Of a stretch of 64,000 bases of DNA, positions 1 through 13,390 are shown in pieces. This DNA comes from Narcine bancroftii (Eukaryota). A program made the position numbers and the translations under genes. The DNA lies in NCBI RefSeq assembly GCF_036971445.1, contig NC_091473.1, forward strand, positions 250,976,001 to 251,040,000, in the 5' to 3' direction. The notes beneath the pieces were generated by a model. That model did not search any database. It was not told where the DNA came from and saw only the letters and a program-made list of their open reading frames with translations. The first letter of the stretch is position 1. Every line of letters begins with the position of its first letter.

Positions 1-200
1 CTAGGACACTGCGATCTCTCTGTAACTCACTCACTCATGAGCAGCCTCACTCTGTTAAGACAATAATCTGCCATATTTTCGCCACAATCATTCCATTCAC
101 ATCAACGTTCTCGTCTTGATGTGCTCTTCCATCCACCCTCACCTCATTGGCACACTTAGGTTGTAAACAATTTAGGGCCAAGGAGCAATTCCTTGGATAT

Positions 201-361
201 TCCAAAACTTGCATCCTCTCAGCCGGAAATGGTATCCTTCATTCTAGCTCCATATTTTCCATGTGACGGCCACTCTTCATTCTCCAAAACTTGCATCCTC
301 TCAGCCAGAAAACGTCCCCTTCATTCTAGCTCCATATTTTCCATGTGACGGCCAGTCTTCA
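201..361. repeat. Tandem duplication, two copies of about 82 bp
   Basis: tccaaaacttgcatcctctcagcc...ccatgtgacggcca starts at 201 and again at 283. Confidence 0.9.
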
Positions 362-1245
362 ATCCGTGCCGGGACACTTGCTCAGTATCTCAAGGTTCAA
401 GCTTCCTTTTGTCGTCATAGTAACACATAAAAATATAATTGACAGGATATGTTTCCATTTTTGTTGGCTGCAAGGTAAACAAATAGTTGCCACGAGCCTT
501 GCCCAGCTCCCCTAAAGAGAAGCAAAAGAGAATTCCTTCAGACACACCGAGTGGCCGTGGATTCGCCTCCCGTGCTCCCACAACTTCTGCCATCACACAG
601 GACTCCTGCCTGATTCATCAACAACCCGAGCCCAGATCCAAACCTCCAATACGATCAGGAAGCTGTAAGTGCCTCAGGCCCTTCTATCCTCAGCACCATC
701 TCAAATCCCGGTTCGAATACCTGGTGCCCCTGAGCCGGTGTCCAGCAGCCCACAGCCTATGTGGATCTCCCAGTGGTCAACCACTTCAATTCTGCATCCC
801 ATCCCCATGCTGACATGACCATGGTCTCGTGCTGTCAAACAAGTCCATCAGTCAACTGGTGAAACAACACTCAATTTTCCATCTCCAACCAGATGGCATT
901 AACGACTTCTCCAGTTTCCGCTTGCCCACTCCCCGCTCTCCCTCCCTTCCTTTTCACCTCATCTTCTTTCCTCCATTTCCCCACCCTTCCCTCTCTATTC
1001 ACAGACCCATCCCTCCTCCCCACGTTAGCTGCTCTGCCCTCCCTCCCTTATATCTTATGCCTGTGGGGCTGTGCTCCTCCCATTGCCCCTGCCCTTCCCC
1101 CATCACTTTATTGAGGCGCCTGCTTACATTTTGTCATCTCTTGATGCTGGGCTCAAGAGATACATTGGCGATGTATCTTTATCCTTACTCTAAAAGGGAT
1201 CTATTTGACCTTTTGAGTTTCTCCAGCTTTGTGTTTTGACCTTAG

Positions 1246-1351
1246 ATTCTTCATCCATTGTAACCTCTGGGCCGAGCACATTCAGCATGAAAACAGCAGG
1301 TGCTGAGACCTCCACAGCAGCCTTGCAGACCTCTTCATCGCCTCAAACCTG
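1246..1351 (+). CDS. Receptor gene A, Ser/Thr-rich stalk exon (DSSSIVTSGPSTFSMKTAGAETSTAALQTSSSPQT-W)
   Basis: cttag acceptor and gtcagt donor; phase 1 start, typical after an Ig exon; phase 2 end joins the TM exon in frame (TG+G=Trp); mucin-like composition. Confidence 0.7.
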
Positions 1352-1729
1352 GTCAGTCACTCTAAGCCACAACTCTTCATTGCACAGGTTAATCACTGAA
1401 TTAGGGCCATCTGAAAATGACTCAGAATCCGAATTCATTGACATGAAATTTGTTGTTTTACTGCAGAGTCACAGGGCAAAATAAATAAAAATAGTGCAGG
1501 AAAAAGCCAGTCAGGCAGTATCTGTGGTTCATTGTTTATTCAGGAATCTGATGGCAGAGGGGAAGAAGCTGAGTGCTTGTCTTCAGGCTCCTGTGCCTTT
1601 TATTTCCAATGTTCAGAGCATGATCTTCCAATTCTGGAAGGTTTGACACTCAAAGGAATGGCCAATTGGAGTCCTTCTTCCAAAACTGCTCTTTGCCTAT
1701 ATCTGCAGACACTCGGGTCTGATCCTGAC

Positions 1730-1910
1730 TTCCGATACTGACTCAGACAGACTGTGGTCTTTCCTTCAGGAAGTCCAGAATCCATTTACCAAGAGGGGTG
1801 CTGAGTCCCAGCGAGGACAGCTTCTCTACCAGCCACTGGGGAATGACTGTGTAAAACGCTGAGCTGAAATCAATGAACAGCAGCCTGGCATATGAAGAGT
1901 CGTTCTGCAG
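1730..1910 (-). mobile_element. Rex1/Babar-type LINE RT fragment
   Basis: Minus frame [25 protein letters not shown]....WILDFL.ERPQSV; related 3' pieces near 41600-41900, 44230-44710 and 56150-56470. Confidence 0.7.
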
Positions 1911-2214
1911 GCATATAGCCTACTAACCAGAGGACCCAGAGGAAATTCAGTCACTGAGAGAATGTGCAAACACCACGCAAACAGTATCGGAGGTCAGGAT
2001 CAGACCAGAGTTCCATTTATGCCAAATTCTTATTTTAACAGAAGCATTCATTTTTTTTGGTAGTAGACTTATAGAACTGGCAAAGCTGGATAGCAGGAAA
2101 AAATTAGGACATCACACACTCACCTTGTCCTGTTCAACTCCATTGCGTTCTCTTAAATACCAGTGGGATAGCTTGTACATTTCTAGAATTTAAATGAATT
2201 TTATTTTAAAATTT

Positions 2215-2440
2215 AAAAGTACAGCATGGTAACAGCCCCCTTGCTGTAACAGCCCATTATGCCCAATCACACTCAATTGACCTACATCCCCCAGTACGTT
2301 TTTGAAAGATGGGACGAAACCAGAGCACCGGAGGCAACCCATGCAGACACGGGGAGGATGTACCAATGCCTTACAGCCAGCGCGGGATTCGAACCCGGAT
2401 CGCTGGCGCTCTAACAGGGTTGCGCTGACAGCTACACTAA
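2215..2440 (-). mobile_element. tRNA-derived HE1-like SINE
   Basis: Reverse complement of the family seen at 46808-47055, with B-box GGTTCGAATCC and shared core. Confidence 0.75.
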
Positions 2441-2717
2441 TTGGGCCATGCGTACACTGTGTTCATATGTACTTCACAGTTATACTCTTCAGATCAAAGG
2501 TACATTAGAATTTATTGCCATGAGCATGCCACAAAATTTGTTGTTTTGCAGCACCATCACAGTCCAAATATTGCTATAAAATTACATTTAGAAATGAATT
2601 CATTAGTGCAAAAAGAAAAGAAAGTGAGGTAGCATCTGTGGTTCATTGTCCAGTAGATTGGAGAGGAAGGAATTCCAGCGCACCCATAACTGCCAATGTC
2701 TTACTTGCATTCTGCAG

Positions 2718-2836
2718 GAATCAACATTCTTTTCCATATCCTACTGTTCTCTCAGTGGTCTTGTCAGTTTTCTTCCTGCTATTCATCGCTGCCACCATTA
2801 CTTGTATCAAAATAAAATGGCAGAAGAAGAAAAATG
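2718..2836 (+). CDS. Receptor gene A, transmembrane exon (NQHSFPYPTVLSVVLSVFFLLFIAATITCIKIKWQKKKN)
   Basis: tctgcag acceptor, G|gtaagt donor; uncharged hydrophobic stretch of about 20 aa followed by a basic stop-transfer KIKWQKKK. Confidence 0.85.
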
Positions 2837-3324
2837 GTAAGTTCAGTTCAATGTCAACTTTGAGAGGTGAGCGTAAATTGTTATTTGAAATGTTTGTACT
2901 TTAATGAAGGGCCTTTTACCTCATGTAGAAACTCTCAATGGGTACTCAGCACTGGTTCAGCAAGAATTAGAAGGGGTATTCATATCAATTTGCCTTAGCT
3001 TTAGAAGGATGCAAAGATTCTGTAGGAGGATCCCAAAAGGTTTAATTGAATGTTTCCAGAGATGAAGGATTTTACTCATCAACTTAAACGTTCAAAGCCG
3101 TTGGTACCTTTGAGCTTCGATGGCTCAGGTAGGGTAGGTGGATGGTAACTGTTCTCCTCAAACAATCACTCATGGACCAGCTCTCCAAGAATGATGAAAT
3201 GAAACATGAAAGTCTGCAGATGCCGTAATTGTGTAGTTAAAAAAAAATGCTGGAGGTGCTCAGAAGGTCTCATAGAATCCATGTTTCGGGCCCTTCTTCA
3301 AGCTAATGTGCACAAAGTTACTGG

Positions 3325-3658
3325 TGTTACAAACCAGCAACCACAAAGAAGGCATATCACCCGGGTAAAGATGAACAATTACTTTATTAACAAAAAAATT
3401 CACCTTCAAAAGTTAATTCAAAATCCCCTCTTTTATAACAATGCCCACTGGTTACTATGCAAATCTCTATAACAGTGTAAAACTAATAAATTCCCCAGCC
3501 TAAATATAACTTACGTAATCAAAGTCTAAGCTACACTTCCAACCAGCTCACAGAAAAACTTAGACACAAAACACACAAGACTCACAAAACTTCGATCTCA
3601 ACCGAAGTAAAGATCATGAATAAAATTCAGTTTGTTAGGTAAATTGAAGCCAAAGATC

Positions 3659-3714
<56 letters not shown>

Positions 3715-4049
3715 GTCTTGTGTTGCTTGTAGAGAGAGGAACCGCTGGCTTGGTCTGGATCCTTCTGGCTGCCTTCGGAATATTCATCCATTTTGAAATG
3801 CCCAACATTCTAAACTGTCCTCCAGACCATGACTCATGCTCCGGGCCTTCTGCCACTCCACAGCACCACCCAGTGGTGGTTTATCATCCAAGTCCAGAAT
3901 TTTTTTTAGATTATTTTCTGCACATGCTCAGTCCATCTCCCACTCTCTCAGCAGTCCACCTTCACCTTGGCTCTCTAAGGCAAACTGTCACTTTTTAACA
4001 TAAAACCACACAACACATAGGCCAATATACAATACAGAACTCTGTAACT
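3325..4049 (-). mobile_element. Solo LTR (Gypsy-type) with internal (GA)n
   Basis: Termini tgttac...gtaact, 4-bp TSD ctgg (3321-3324, 4050-4053); splits an older repeat. Confidence 0.8.
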
Positions 4050-4209
4050 CTGGGAAAACTCAGCAGGTCTCGCACCATCTCAGCAAGTCTCTTCTCCCTT
4101 CTGGTCTTCAGTCTTAATCTGATACCTTCCTGATCTTTATTTATACCTTGAAGAAGGGCTTAGGGCCAAAACATCAGTAATGTATCTTTAACTCTTATGG
4201 ATTCCACAG

Positions 4210-7200
4210 TGAATATGGCCATTAGGTCTCTGGCACGGAGTCTGGTACTGCGGCTAAGAAGGGAAGGGAGGAGAAGAGGTGAGCTGTAGTGATAGGGGAT
4301 TCCATAGTTAGGAGAACAGACAAGAGGTTCTGTGGAAGAGATCGAGTATCCTGGATGGTACGTTGCCTCCCTGGTGCCAGAGTCTGAGATATCTCACATC
4401 GAGTTCACAGCATTCTCAGGAGGGAGGGTGAGCAACCAGATGTCATGGTCCATGTAGGTAAGAAGGGTAAGGATGTCCTGCAAGGAGAATTCAGGGAGTT
4501 AGGCACTAGGTTGAAGGACAGAACCTCCAATGTCGTGATCGCAGGATTGCCACCCGTGCCACGTGTGAGTAAGGTTAGAAATAGGAGGATAATGCAGTTT
4601 AACACGTGGCTATAGACATGGTGCAGGAGGGAGGGCTTCATGTTTCTAGATCATTGGGCTTTCTTCCAGGGAAGGTGGGTCCTGTTATGATGTGATGATA
4701 TGCATCTGAACTGGAAGGGGACTTGTATCCTTCTGGGAAGATTTGCAAGGGCTGCTCCAGTGGGTTTAAATTAGATTTGCAGGGGGAGGGGAACCAGAGT
4801 GCCAGAGCAGTTAGAGGAGTAGGGGAAGGAAAAGAGGATGTGAAAATTTCATGCACCATTAGAAATTAATTGGTTTAATGTGGTGGAAATGTTCGCAGAT
4901 GCATCTATTTCAATGCAAGGAGTGTTGTAGGAAAGGCAGACAAGCTTAGAGCATGGATTAGCATGTGGAATTATGACATTGTGGCCATTAGTGAAACTTG
5001 GTTCCAAGAAGGGCAGGACTGGCAGATCAATAATCTGGGCTTCTGTTGTTTTAAACATAATAGAATAGGGGGGGAGAAATGAAAGGGGGAGGAGTGGCAT
5101 TGCTCATCAGAGAAAAAAAATCACAGCTGTGCTCAGGTAGGACAGAGCAGAGTGCTCATCTACTGAGGCTATATAGGTGGAGCTGAGGAATGGGAAAGGT
5201 GTGATCACATTCATGGGGTTATATTATAGACCGCCCAATAGTCAGTGAGAATTGGAGGAGCAAATCTGTGGAGAGATAGCAGTCAACAGCAGGAAATAAG
5301 TTTGTGAAGGTCAGAGATTTTAACTTTCTACATATTGACTGGGACTCCCATACTGTAAAAGGGCTGGATGGCTTGGAGTTTGTTAAATGTGCTCAGGAAA
5401 ATTTTCTAAATCGATATATAGAGGTACCAACTAGAGAGAGCACAATACTGGATCTCCTGTTAGGGAACGAGACAGGTAACAGAAGTATGTTTAAAGGAAC
5501 ATTTTGTGTCCAGTGATCAGTTTCAAGTTAATTATGGAGAAGGATAGGTCTGAGCCTTAGATTGAGGTTCTAAATTGGAGAAAGACCAATTTTGAGGAAA
5601 TGTGAAAGGATCTAGAATGTGTGGATTGGGATAAATTGTTTTCGGGCAAGGATGTGCAAAGTAATGGAGAACCTTCAAAAGTGAAATTTTGAGAGTTCAG
5701 AGTTTGTCTGTTCCTGTCAAGATCAAAGGTAAGGTTAGAAGGCACAGGGAATTTTGGTTTTCGAGGGATATTGGGGATCTGGTTCAAAAGAAGAGATGTG
5801 TATAACAGGTAGAGGCAATGTGGAGCAAATTAGGTTCTTGAGGAGTATAAAAAATGCAAGTTAAACCTAAAGAAAGAAATCAGGAAGACTAAAAGAAGAT
5901 ATGAGGTTGCTTTGGAAACAATGCGAAGGAAAATCCTACGGGTTTTCTAGGCATATTAACAGCAAAATGATAATAAGGGACAAAATGGGTCCCCTTGAAG
6001 ATCAGAGTGGTCAGCTTCGTATGGAGCCAAAAGAGATGGGGGAGGATTTAAATGTTTTTTCCATCAGTATTCACTCAGGAAACAGGCACAGATCATGGGA
6101 AATAAGCATGGAAACTAAACAGATTAAAGAGGAGGAAGTGCTGGCTGTCTTAAAGCAAATATAGGTGGATAAATCCCCAGAGATAGTTCCTCAGACCTTG
6201 AGGGAGGCTAGTGTGGAAATTGAAGGGACTCTGGCAGAAATATTTAAAATGTCCTTAGCCACGGGTGAGGTGCCAGAGGATTGGAGGGTAGCTCATGTTG
6301 TACCATTGTTTAAAAAAGGCTCTAAAAGTAAACCAGGAAATTATAAGCCGGTGAGCCTGATGTCAGTAGGGTAAATTATTGGAGGGTGTTCTGAGAGATT
6401 GGACAGCCAAGGGATGATTAAGAATAGTCAGCAGGGCTTTGTGTGTCATCGGTCGTGTTTAACAAATCTTATAGGGTTTTTCAAGAAGATTACCAAGAAA
6501 GTAGATGAAGGAAAGACTGTGGATGTTATCTATATGGACTTTAGTAAGGTCTTTGACAAGGTCCCACATGGGAGGCTAGATCAGAAGGTTCAGACACTAG
6601 GTATCCATGGAGATGTTGTAAACTGGATTAGAAATTGGCTGAATGGGAGAAGACAGAGTGGTAGTGGATGGTTGCTTCTCAGACTGGAGGCCTGTGATCA
6701 GTGGTCAGGGATTGGTGCTGGGACCATTGTTGTTTGTGGTCTATATCAATGATCTGGATGATAACGTGGGAAATTGGATCAGCAAATTTGCTGATGACAC
6801 TAAGATTGGAGACGTTGTGGACAGCGAGGAAGGGTTTCAATGCTTGCAGAGGGATCTGGGCCAACTGGAAAAATGGGACAGAAAATGGCAGATGAAATGT
6901 AAATGTAGACAAGTGTGAGGTGTCTGCATTTTGGAAAGACAAACCATGGGTGGTCATACACAGTAAATGGTCGGGTACTGAGGAGTGTAGAGGAACAAAG
7001 GGATCTGGGAGTACAGATACATAATTCCATGAAAGTGGCGTCACAGGTAGACAGGGTTGTAAAGAAAGCTTTTGGCATCTTGGCCTTCATAAATCAAAGT
7101 ATTGAGTATAGGAGTTGGGATGTTATGGTGAGGTTGTATAAAACATTGGTGAGCCCAAATTTAGAGTATTATATGCAGTTCTGGTCGCCAAACTACAGGA

Positions 7201-7695
7201 AGGATATCAGTAAGATTGAGAGAGTGCAGATAAGATTTACTAGGATGTTGACGGGTCTTCAGGAGTTGAGTTACAGGGAAAGATTAAGCAGGTTAGGACT
7301 TTATTCCTTGGAGCATAGAAGAATGAGGGGAGATTTGATAGAGGTTTACAAAATTAAGAGGTGTATAGACAGAGTAAATGTGAGTAGGCTCTTTCTATTT
7401 AGATTAGGAGAGATAAATACAAGAGATCATGGGTTTAGGGTGAATGGAGAAAGGTTTAAGGGGAACATTAGGGGGAACTTTTTCCTCTCAGAGAGTGGTG
7501 GGAGTGTGGAATGAGTTGACATCTAACATGGTAAATGTGTGCTCACACTTAAATTACAAAAGTAAACTGGATAGATACCTGGATGGGAGAGGTCTGAGGG
7601 GTTATGGAATGGGTGCAGGTCAGTGGGACTAGCAGTATAATGTTTTCGGCACAGACTAGAAGGGCTGAACATACTGTAATGTTTTAAGGGTCTAA
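4210..7695 (+). mobile_element. Near full-length decayed CR1 LINE (SGNH-esterase ORF1, APE endonuclease, RT) in a gene A intron
   Basis: VVIGDSIVR, DFNF..IDW, VPEDWRVAHVVPLFKKG, YMDFSKVFDKVPH, KFADDTK; many frameshifts and stops. Confidence 0.92.
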
Positions 7696-7696
7696 T

Positions 7697-8070
7697 AAGG
7701 GGAGATTTGATAGAGGGAGGTATTTAAAATTATGAGGGGGATAGACAGAGTAAATGTATATAGTCTTTTTCCACTGAAGATAGGTGAGATACATGGGTTT
7801 AGGGTGAAAGGGAAAAGTTTAAGGAGAACATGAGGGGCAACTGCTTCACAGAGAGGGCAGTGGGAGTGTGGAATGAGCTGCCAGCTGAAGTGGTGAATGT
7901 GGGCTCAATTTTAAGTTTTAATAAGAATTTGGTCAGGTACATGGATGGGAGAGGTATGGCGGGCTATGGACTAGGTACAGGCCAGTGGGACTAAGCAAAC
8001 CAAAAATGGTTCAGTACTGACTAGAAGGGCTGAAAGGGCTCATTTGTGTGCTGTAGTGTTCTCTGGTTCT
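7697..8070 (+). mobile_element. Second CR1 3'-end fragment directly behind the first
   Basis: Diverged repeat of the 7325-7690 sequence (aggggagatttgatagagg...gtgggacta). Confidence 0.8.
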
Positions 8071-9552
8071 GCTTCTATGGATGCCGCGAGATCGGCTGAG
8101 TTCCTTCAGCATTTCTGTGTTTTTACAAAGAACGATGAAATCGGATCTAGAATACAAAGTCTTATTATTAAAAGCAACAGCAGGAGAAGGAGGAGTATTA
8201 CAAGCTGATGTGATTTTAAACACACCATTGGAAATTTTCTCTTCAAAAATTTAAAATCTGAGCAAAATCCAAAGTGCCAGAAAAATAATCTGCTGGAGGA
8301 CCTCAGTAGATCAAGCATCATCACTGGGGGAAACAGAACGGTTTAGATTTGGAACCTTTCATCAAAACTGAAACATCAACAGTTCTTTTTCTCTCCCACT
8401 GATGCTGCTCCTCCAACCAGATTGTTTGCTTGCTCCAGATTCCAGTGTCTGCAGCCTCTGGTGTGCCACACAACGTTTATAAGTCTCTGGTTTCACAGAG
8501 GCATTTCTCTAATGCAGTAAGCTCACGGTCAGACTGGAATGTTATAAAGCAGGGGGGAAGGCGAGTCACCAGGATAGGACCCTTTAGACAGGAGAGATGG
8601 GGTTTGTTTTCCCTAAAACATAGGTTATAAAAGATAGAAATGATTGAGGTACAGAGCGGGTTGAGTGCAGGAGAACCTTTCTCCATATCGGAGGTAGGTA
8701 AAACATGGTCATGGATTGGAGATAAATGGTATGAGATTTAGAGAGGATTTGAGAGGAACCTTCCTCACCCAGAGAGCGTCTGAGGGAGTGGTGCAAACAG
8801 TCACTGATAACATTTAAGACATGTTTCGACAAGCACTTGAATCACCTCCTGATGAGCAAGGCGTGTTTCCAAAGCGAATGAATGTGAAAGAATTTGAGTC
8901 AGAACCCAGAAATTTTGCAAACAAAATTGACCAAATTTGACACTGACAAGGAAGTCCAAAACCCAATCAGGGTAGCTCTGTGACTCAGCTCCAGCAAGTC
9001 GGGTTTGATGGAGACCTCCAGTGCTGCCTGTGTGGAATTTGCTGGAGACCAAGTAAATGTCCTCTGATTTTTGTCCTATTTCCCATGGACCAATGGGCTG
9101 GTTGTTGATGACGAGACGGATGCATCCTGAGGACGGTGACAGCAAATCAAATGGAATTAGCATAAATGAGAGTGAATGGGCAATTGATGGCCAGTGCAGT
9201 CTTAGTGGGCCAAATGGTCTCCTTTCATGCTGACCAACTCTATAGATGGTGCCTCTGCAGCCCCTGCATCCAGAACCCAATGAGCTTTTGCAAGAGATTT
9301 AACAGTGCTGCAATAGATAAACTTGTGAATCAAATATGATATACAGATGACCCTCTTATGACCTTTCATGTGACAGAAGTTTGTCTTTCCAGAATTTGTG
9401 TGGGGTGGGGGGTGGGGGGGAAAGGGGTAAAATTTATTTATTTTCCTACGTTTCTTGACGTTTGTTGATAACACAGCTTCTAGGACCACTCCCACCCCAT
9501 AATGCATGGGTCATCTGCAATGTAGTGGAACCTTTTTTAAAAAGGATTTTAC

Positions 9553-9783
9553 ATTTAGACATATAGCACGGTAACAGACCATTTTGGCCCACGAGTCTGC
9601 GCTGCCAAATTAACCTACACCCCCAATACATTTCGAACAGTGGGAGGAAACCAGAGCTCCCCAGGGAAACCCCACACAGACAGGGGGAGAACGTAGAAAC
9701 TCCTTACAGACAGTGCGGGATTGGAACACCGATCACTAGCACTGTAAAGGTATTGCGCTAACCGCTACATCAACCGTGCCACC
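9553..9783 (-). mobile_element. HE1-like SINE
   Basis: Same family as 46808-47055; another minus copy at about 37405-37634 and a plus copy at about 45010-45205. Confidence 0.75.
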
Positions 9784-9973
9784 CTTGTGAATATGTCATG
9801 AGGTGCTACATAAATACAACTTCTCACCAGGGTTTCAGATGAAAAATAAATTTTCTTGAATGTTTTAATATTTCATAAATATGATGCCAGTGAAAACAAC
9901 TCAACAGAAACCTTCAGGTGTTCGGGCATAATGATGTCCACATTTAATCACTAACAATCATTATATTTTCCAG

Positions 9974-10020
9974 ACACAAATAGAAAGAGGAATGAGGAAA
10001 ATCTATCAGGAAGCTCCACG
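9974..10020 (+). CDS. Receptor gene A, first cytoplasmic exon (DTNRKRNEENLSGSST)
   Basis: ttttccag acceptor, ACG|gtaagg donor; 47 nt, phase 1 to 0, linking the TM exon and the ITIM exon in frame. Confidence 0.75.
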
Positions 10021-10429
10021 GTAAGGCCATGGGAAAGATATGGGGGAAGTGTAGGAAACCCTGCTTGGAGGCATTCACGGAGGGTCACATGATCAACTGA
10101 TCACATTATATGCCAATTATATGATACATTGATCATAAGACAGGAATTCATCATACACTGCCTGTCCTTGACCTCTTCGCAGCCTCAGTGAGGTCATATT
10201 CAAACGAAGAACCAAGCCTTCACTTGGATAGCTCACAACAGTGGCAAGAACATTGAATATGCCCAAATCTGATGACCTACACCCCGCTCATGTATCTTTC
10301 CCACTCCAAATGGCTCTCTCCCCCTAGTTCACCATTTCCCATTTCCATCTTCTATAATCCACATACCTGTCTACGTGGGTTACTCCTTCCCCTGGCCTAC
10401 TCTCCGGAACCTAATAAAAACAACGTAGG

Positions 10430-12060
10430 ATCCATAAGTAATTGAATCTTTAACACCTTCTCTAAAAGTTCCTTACGTCGTGTCCAAAAAACCTTAACTT
10501 TCTCACAGAACAAAGTGAAATGAATAAACGTACTGACATCTTTAGAACAATGAAAGCCTAAATCTGAAGAAATCAAATTATATCTTTAATTTCTGAGGAG
10601 TTAAATATAATTGATGTAAAAAATTATAATGAATGAATCCATACGTAACATTAATAATCTTCGTCATACTATCCTTACATATAGATCTCCAATCATCTTG
10701 CTCCATTACAATACCCAGATCACTTCCACATTTTAATCTCGATTTATGGATATCTAACTTAGGCATCTTATTTTGCAATTATTTATACATTTCAGAAATA
10801 ATTTCTTTAATACCTTCCGTAAATAAAATTTCAAAATTAGACTTTCTTGGTAATCGTAAAGTACAGGTACACCCAAAATCATCCAATAATAAGGCTTTAA
10901 CTTGATAATAAGCAAAAAGAGTATTATTTGGAATTTCATATTTCTCCTTCATATAAAATAACCAGATTCATTATCATCTTGAACAGCTTTAATTCCTTTT
11001 TGATACCCTATTTTCAAAAACTGATTAATAAAGGTGAAGGGAAAAAGTTTATTTTGATATAAAGGTGTCTTAACCAAAATGTTCCCTTGTGTACCTACCT
11101 CATCATTCAACCTATTCCACAATTCAAATAAATGTCTCAAAATAGGTGGATTTTTATTAACAATTAATAACTTAATTTTCCATTTATAAATAAACTGGGT
11201 AATATCCTTCACACCAATAATATCTAACTCAATATTAGCCCACTTGGGTGGATGTTCCAAATCAAACATTCTATTAATATACCTCAATTGTGCTGCTTTT
11301 TTAATAATTTTGAAAATTCGGAAGTTGCAAACTTCCTAATTCATATTTCCAAGTAAACTTTAGTAAAGATACCCTAACCATTTTACCTCCCCATAAAAAA
11401 ACTTCCTAATTATAGAATTGAAATCTTTAAAAAAAAACCTTTGAGGAAACTTACAGATTGAAATAACTATTGAATCCTAGGAAAAACATTCATCCTGATA
11501 CAATTGACTCTACCTATTAGAGGTAAATCCTTCCATCTATTTAAGTCCTCTGATTTTATGAAATAAAAGTAAGTAATTTAACTTGTATAATTGATCTAAA
11601 TCTTTATTAATTTTAATAACTAAATATTTGATCTGATTTGACCATTTAAATTGAGCTATTTTCCCACATTGAGTATAATCAGCTGCAATTAAAGGCAGCT
11701 CTTATCCCAACCTGATACTTGACCATAATGTTTCAATCTTTTCTGCAAAAAAAATACAACGAAGTTTGTGGTTCTGTTAAATAAATTAAAACATTATCAG
11801 CAAACAAACTAATTTTAAATTCCTCAGAATTAACTTTAATACCTTTAATATTACTGTCTTGTCTTAATAATTGTGCTAAAGATTCAATAGTTAATACAAA
11901 CAATGCAGAGCATCCTTGTCTCGTAGATCTCTCTAATTAAAATGCTGATAATACTTGGCCATTTATCACTACTCTAGCAGAAGGATTTTTATTTAGAGAT
12001 TTAATCCAACTAATAAAATTTGGTCCGAATTTAAATTTTTCCAATGCTTTAAATTTAAAA
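10430..12060 (-). mobile_element. L1-clade ORF2 C-terminal fragment
   Basis: Minus frames with RSTRQGC, LFADNVL, IHYNFLHQLYLTPQKL. Confidence 0.8.
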
Positions 12061-12367
12061 AAAATCTTTTCTCCCACATACCACCTTAAGCAATCCCTTA
12101 CTATCACAGAGCACCTATGGCAATAGGGAATACTTAGAGTGGTACGTAAGTGGAAAGAAAAAGGTTGAGTACCACTGCTTTAAGGCTTCTCTTCCATTCC
12201 ACATACTTAAAGAAGCCCTTACCATCTGTTTTTATATTGTGCTGGTTTTCCCTCTTAGTTTATTTTTTCCTCTCTCTTTGCAAACGTTTATGGCATCTTC
12301 TATTGATTTCTAAATTCGTCCGTTCCTTGGATTCATTACTAATGGTGCTTCTCACTTCTCTTCAAAG

Positions 12368-12523
12368 GAGATCCCAATAGTCTATACCACTATAAACTTC
12401 TGCCCCAAAGATAATGTGGAAAATACCTACATGAATCTTCAGAGCCTGAATGTACAAGAAGCCAGGAGTCAAAATGACTCGGAAAATGTCACGTATTCAG
12501 CAGTGGCTCACAAAAGCCAATAA
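12368..12523 (+). CDS. Receptor gene A (probably CD300/pIgR-like inhibitory receptor), terminal exon with two ITIMs
   Basis: Pyrimidine tract plus ttcaaag acceptor; reads EIPIVYTTINFCPKDNVENTYMNLQSLNVQEARSQNDSENVTYSAVAHKSQ*; ITIMs IVYTTI (12377-12394) and VTYSAV (12488-12505), plus YMNL. Confidence 0.85.
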   Translation, partial: EIPIVYTTINFCPKDNVENTYMNLQSLNVQEARSQNDSENVTYSAVAHKSQ

Positions 12524-12629
12524 ATTCAAGCACTGAAGAACACCAAGAATGCTTCACTGAAAGATTGTCGGGTGAACCTTTCTTTGTTTTAATGGAAGCT
12601 CATCCCCTCAAACTCACAACAGCAATGAA

Positions 12630-13390
12630 AAGTTCAAGTTTCAATTTATTGTCATGTGATAAAGACAGTGTCATATTACATGAAATTGCTTTTGCCTGCT
12701 GCAAGGCAGACAGATTCGCCATTGGCAGAAATTGCCTGAAGCGCCTCTTACATTCAGAGAAAAAGAAGCAAAAGAGTGTTCCCCCCCCCCCCACCAAGTC
12801 ACTGAGTATCGATAGATTCGCCTCCAGCACTCCCACAGCCTCACAGAGTCCAGTCCAAACTAACGGCAACCTAAGCTCCAGATCCCAACCTCCAATATGA
12901 TATGGAGCCCTTCAGTGCCCTTGCCACCCTCTCACATCCCAATTCAGATACCTGGTACCCCTTCAGCCAGTCTTGTGTGAGTCCCTTGACCGCAGTCTCC
13001 CGCAGCCTCCATGGGTTCCTCGCCTCAAGTCACCAACAGCCCCGCTGCCTGTGTGGGTTATTCAGCCACAGAACCCCTCACTGGGTCCGCTGCCATGGTC
13101 ACCATCCCTTGGGTCATCTCCTCTGCTTTTCCTTCTCAGACAGAGGGTGGTCTCCCTGTTTTCTGGTGCCCTGCGCCAATCCTCTGCTCCCCTGGAGTAT
13201 GAAACCCCTCGTGGCCGCTGCTGATCATAGTTGTCACCGACTTGGGCACAGACCCCCGCGGTCACTGACGGAGCTGTACAGTGCTGACGGCAGTCAGATC
13301 CCACATGGGAGCTGTGTCTCTGCTCCCTGTGGATCTGCACCAGTGCTGCCCTTGCAGCCGCTCCGGCCGCACCACCATTTCCACTAGTGC
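12630..13390 (-). repeat. Unclassified interspersed repeat with a non-LTR-like tail (aataaattgaaacttgaac on minus)
   Basis: Homologous copies at about 393-770 and 17970-18680 sharing agagaa..aagcaaaagag...gattcgcctcc. Confidence 0.7.

Noticed and set aside
3635-3998. ORFs with ERERER or LSLSLS runs (also near 30750 and 42330)
   Set aside because: Translations of (GA)n microsatellites inside LTRs.
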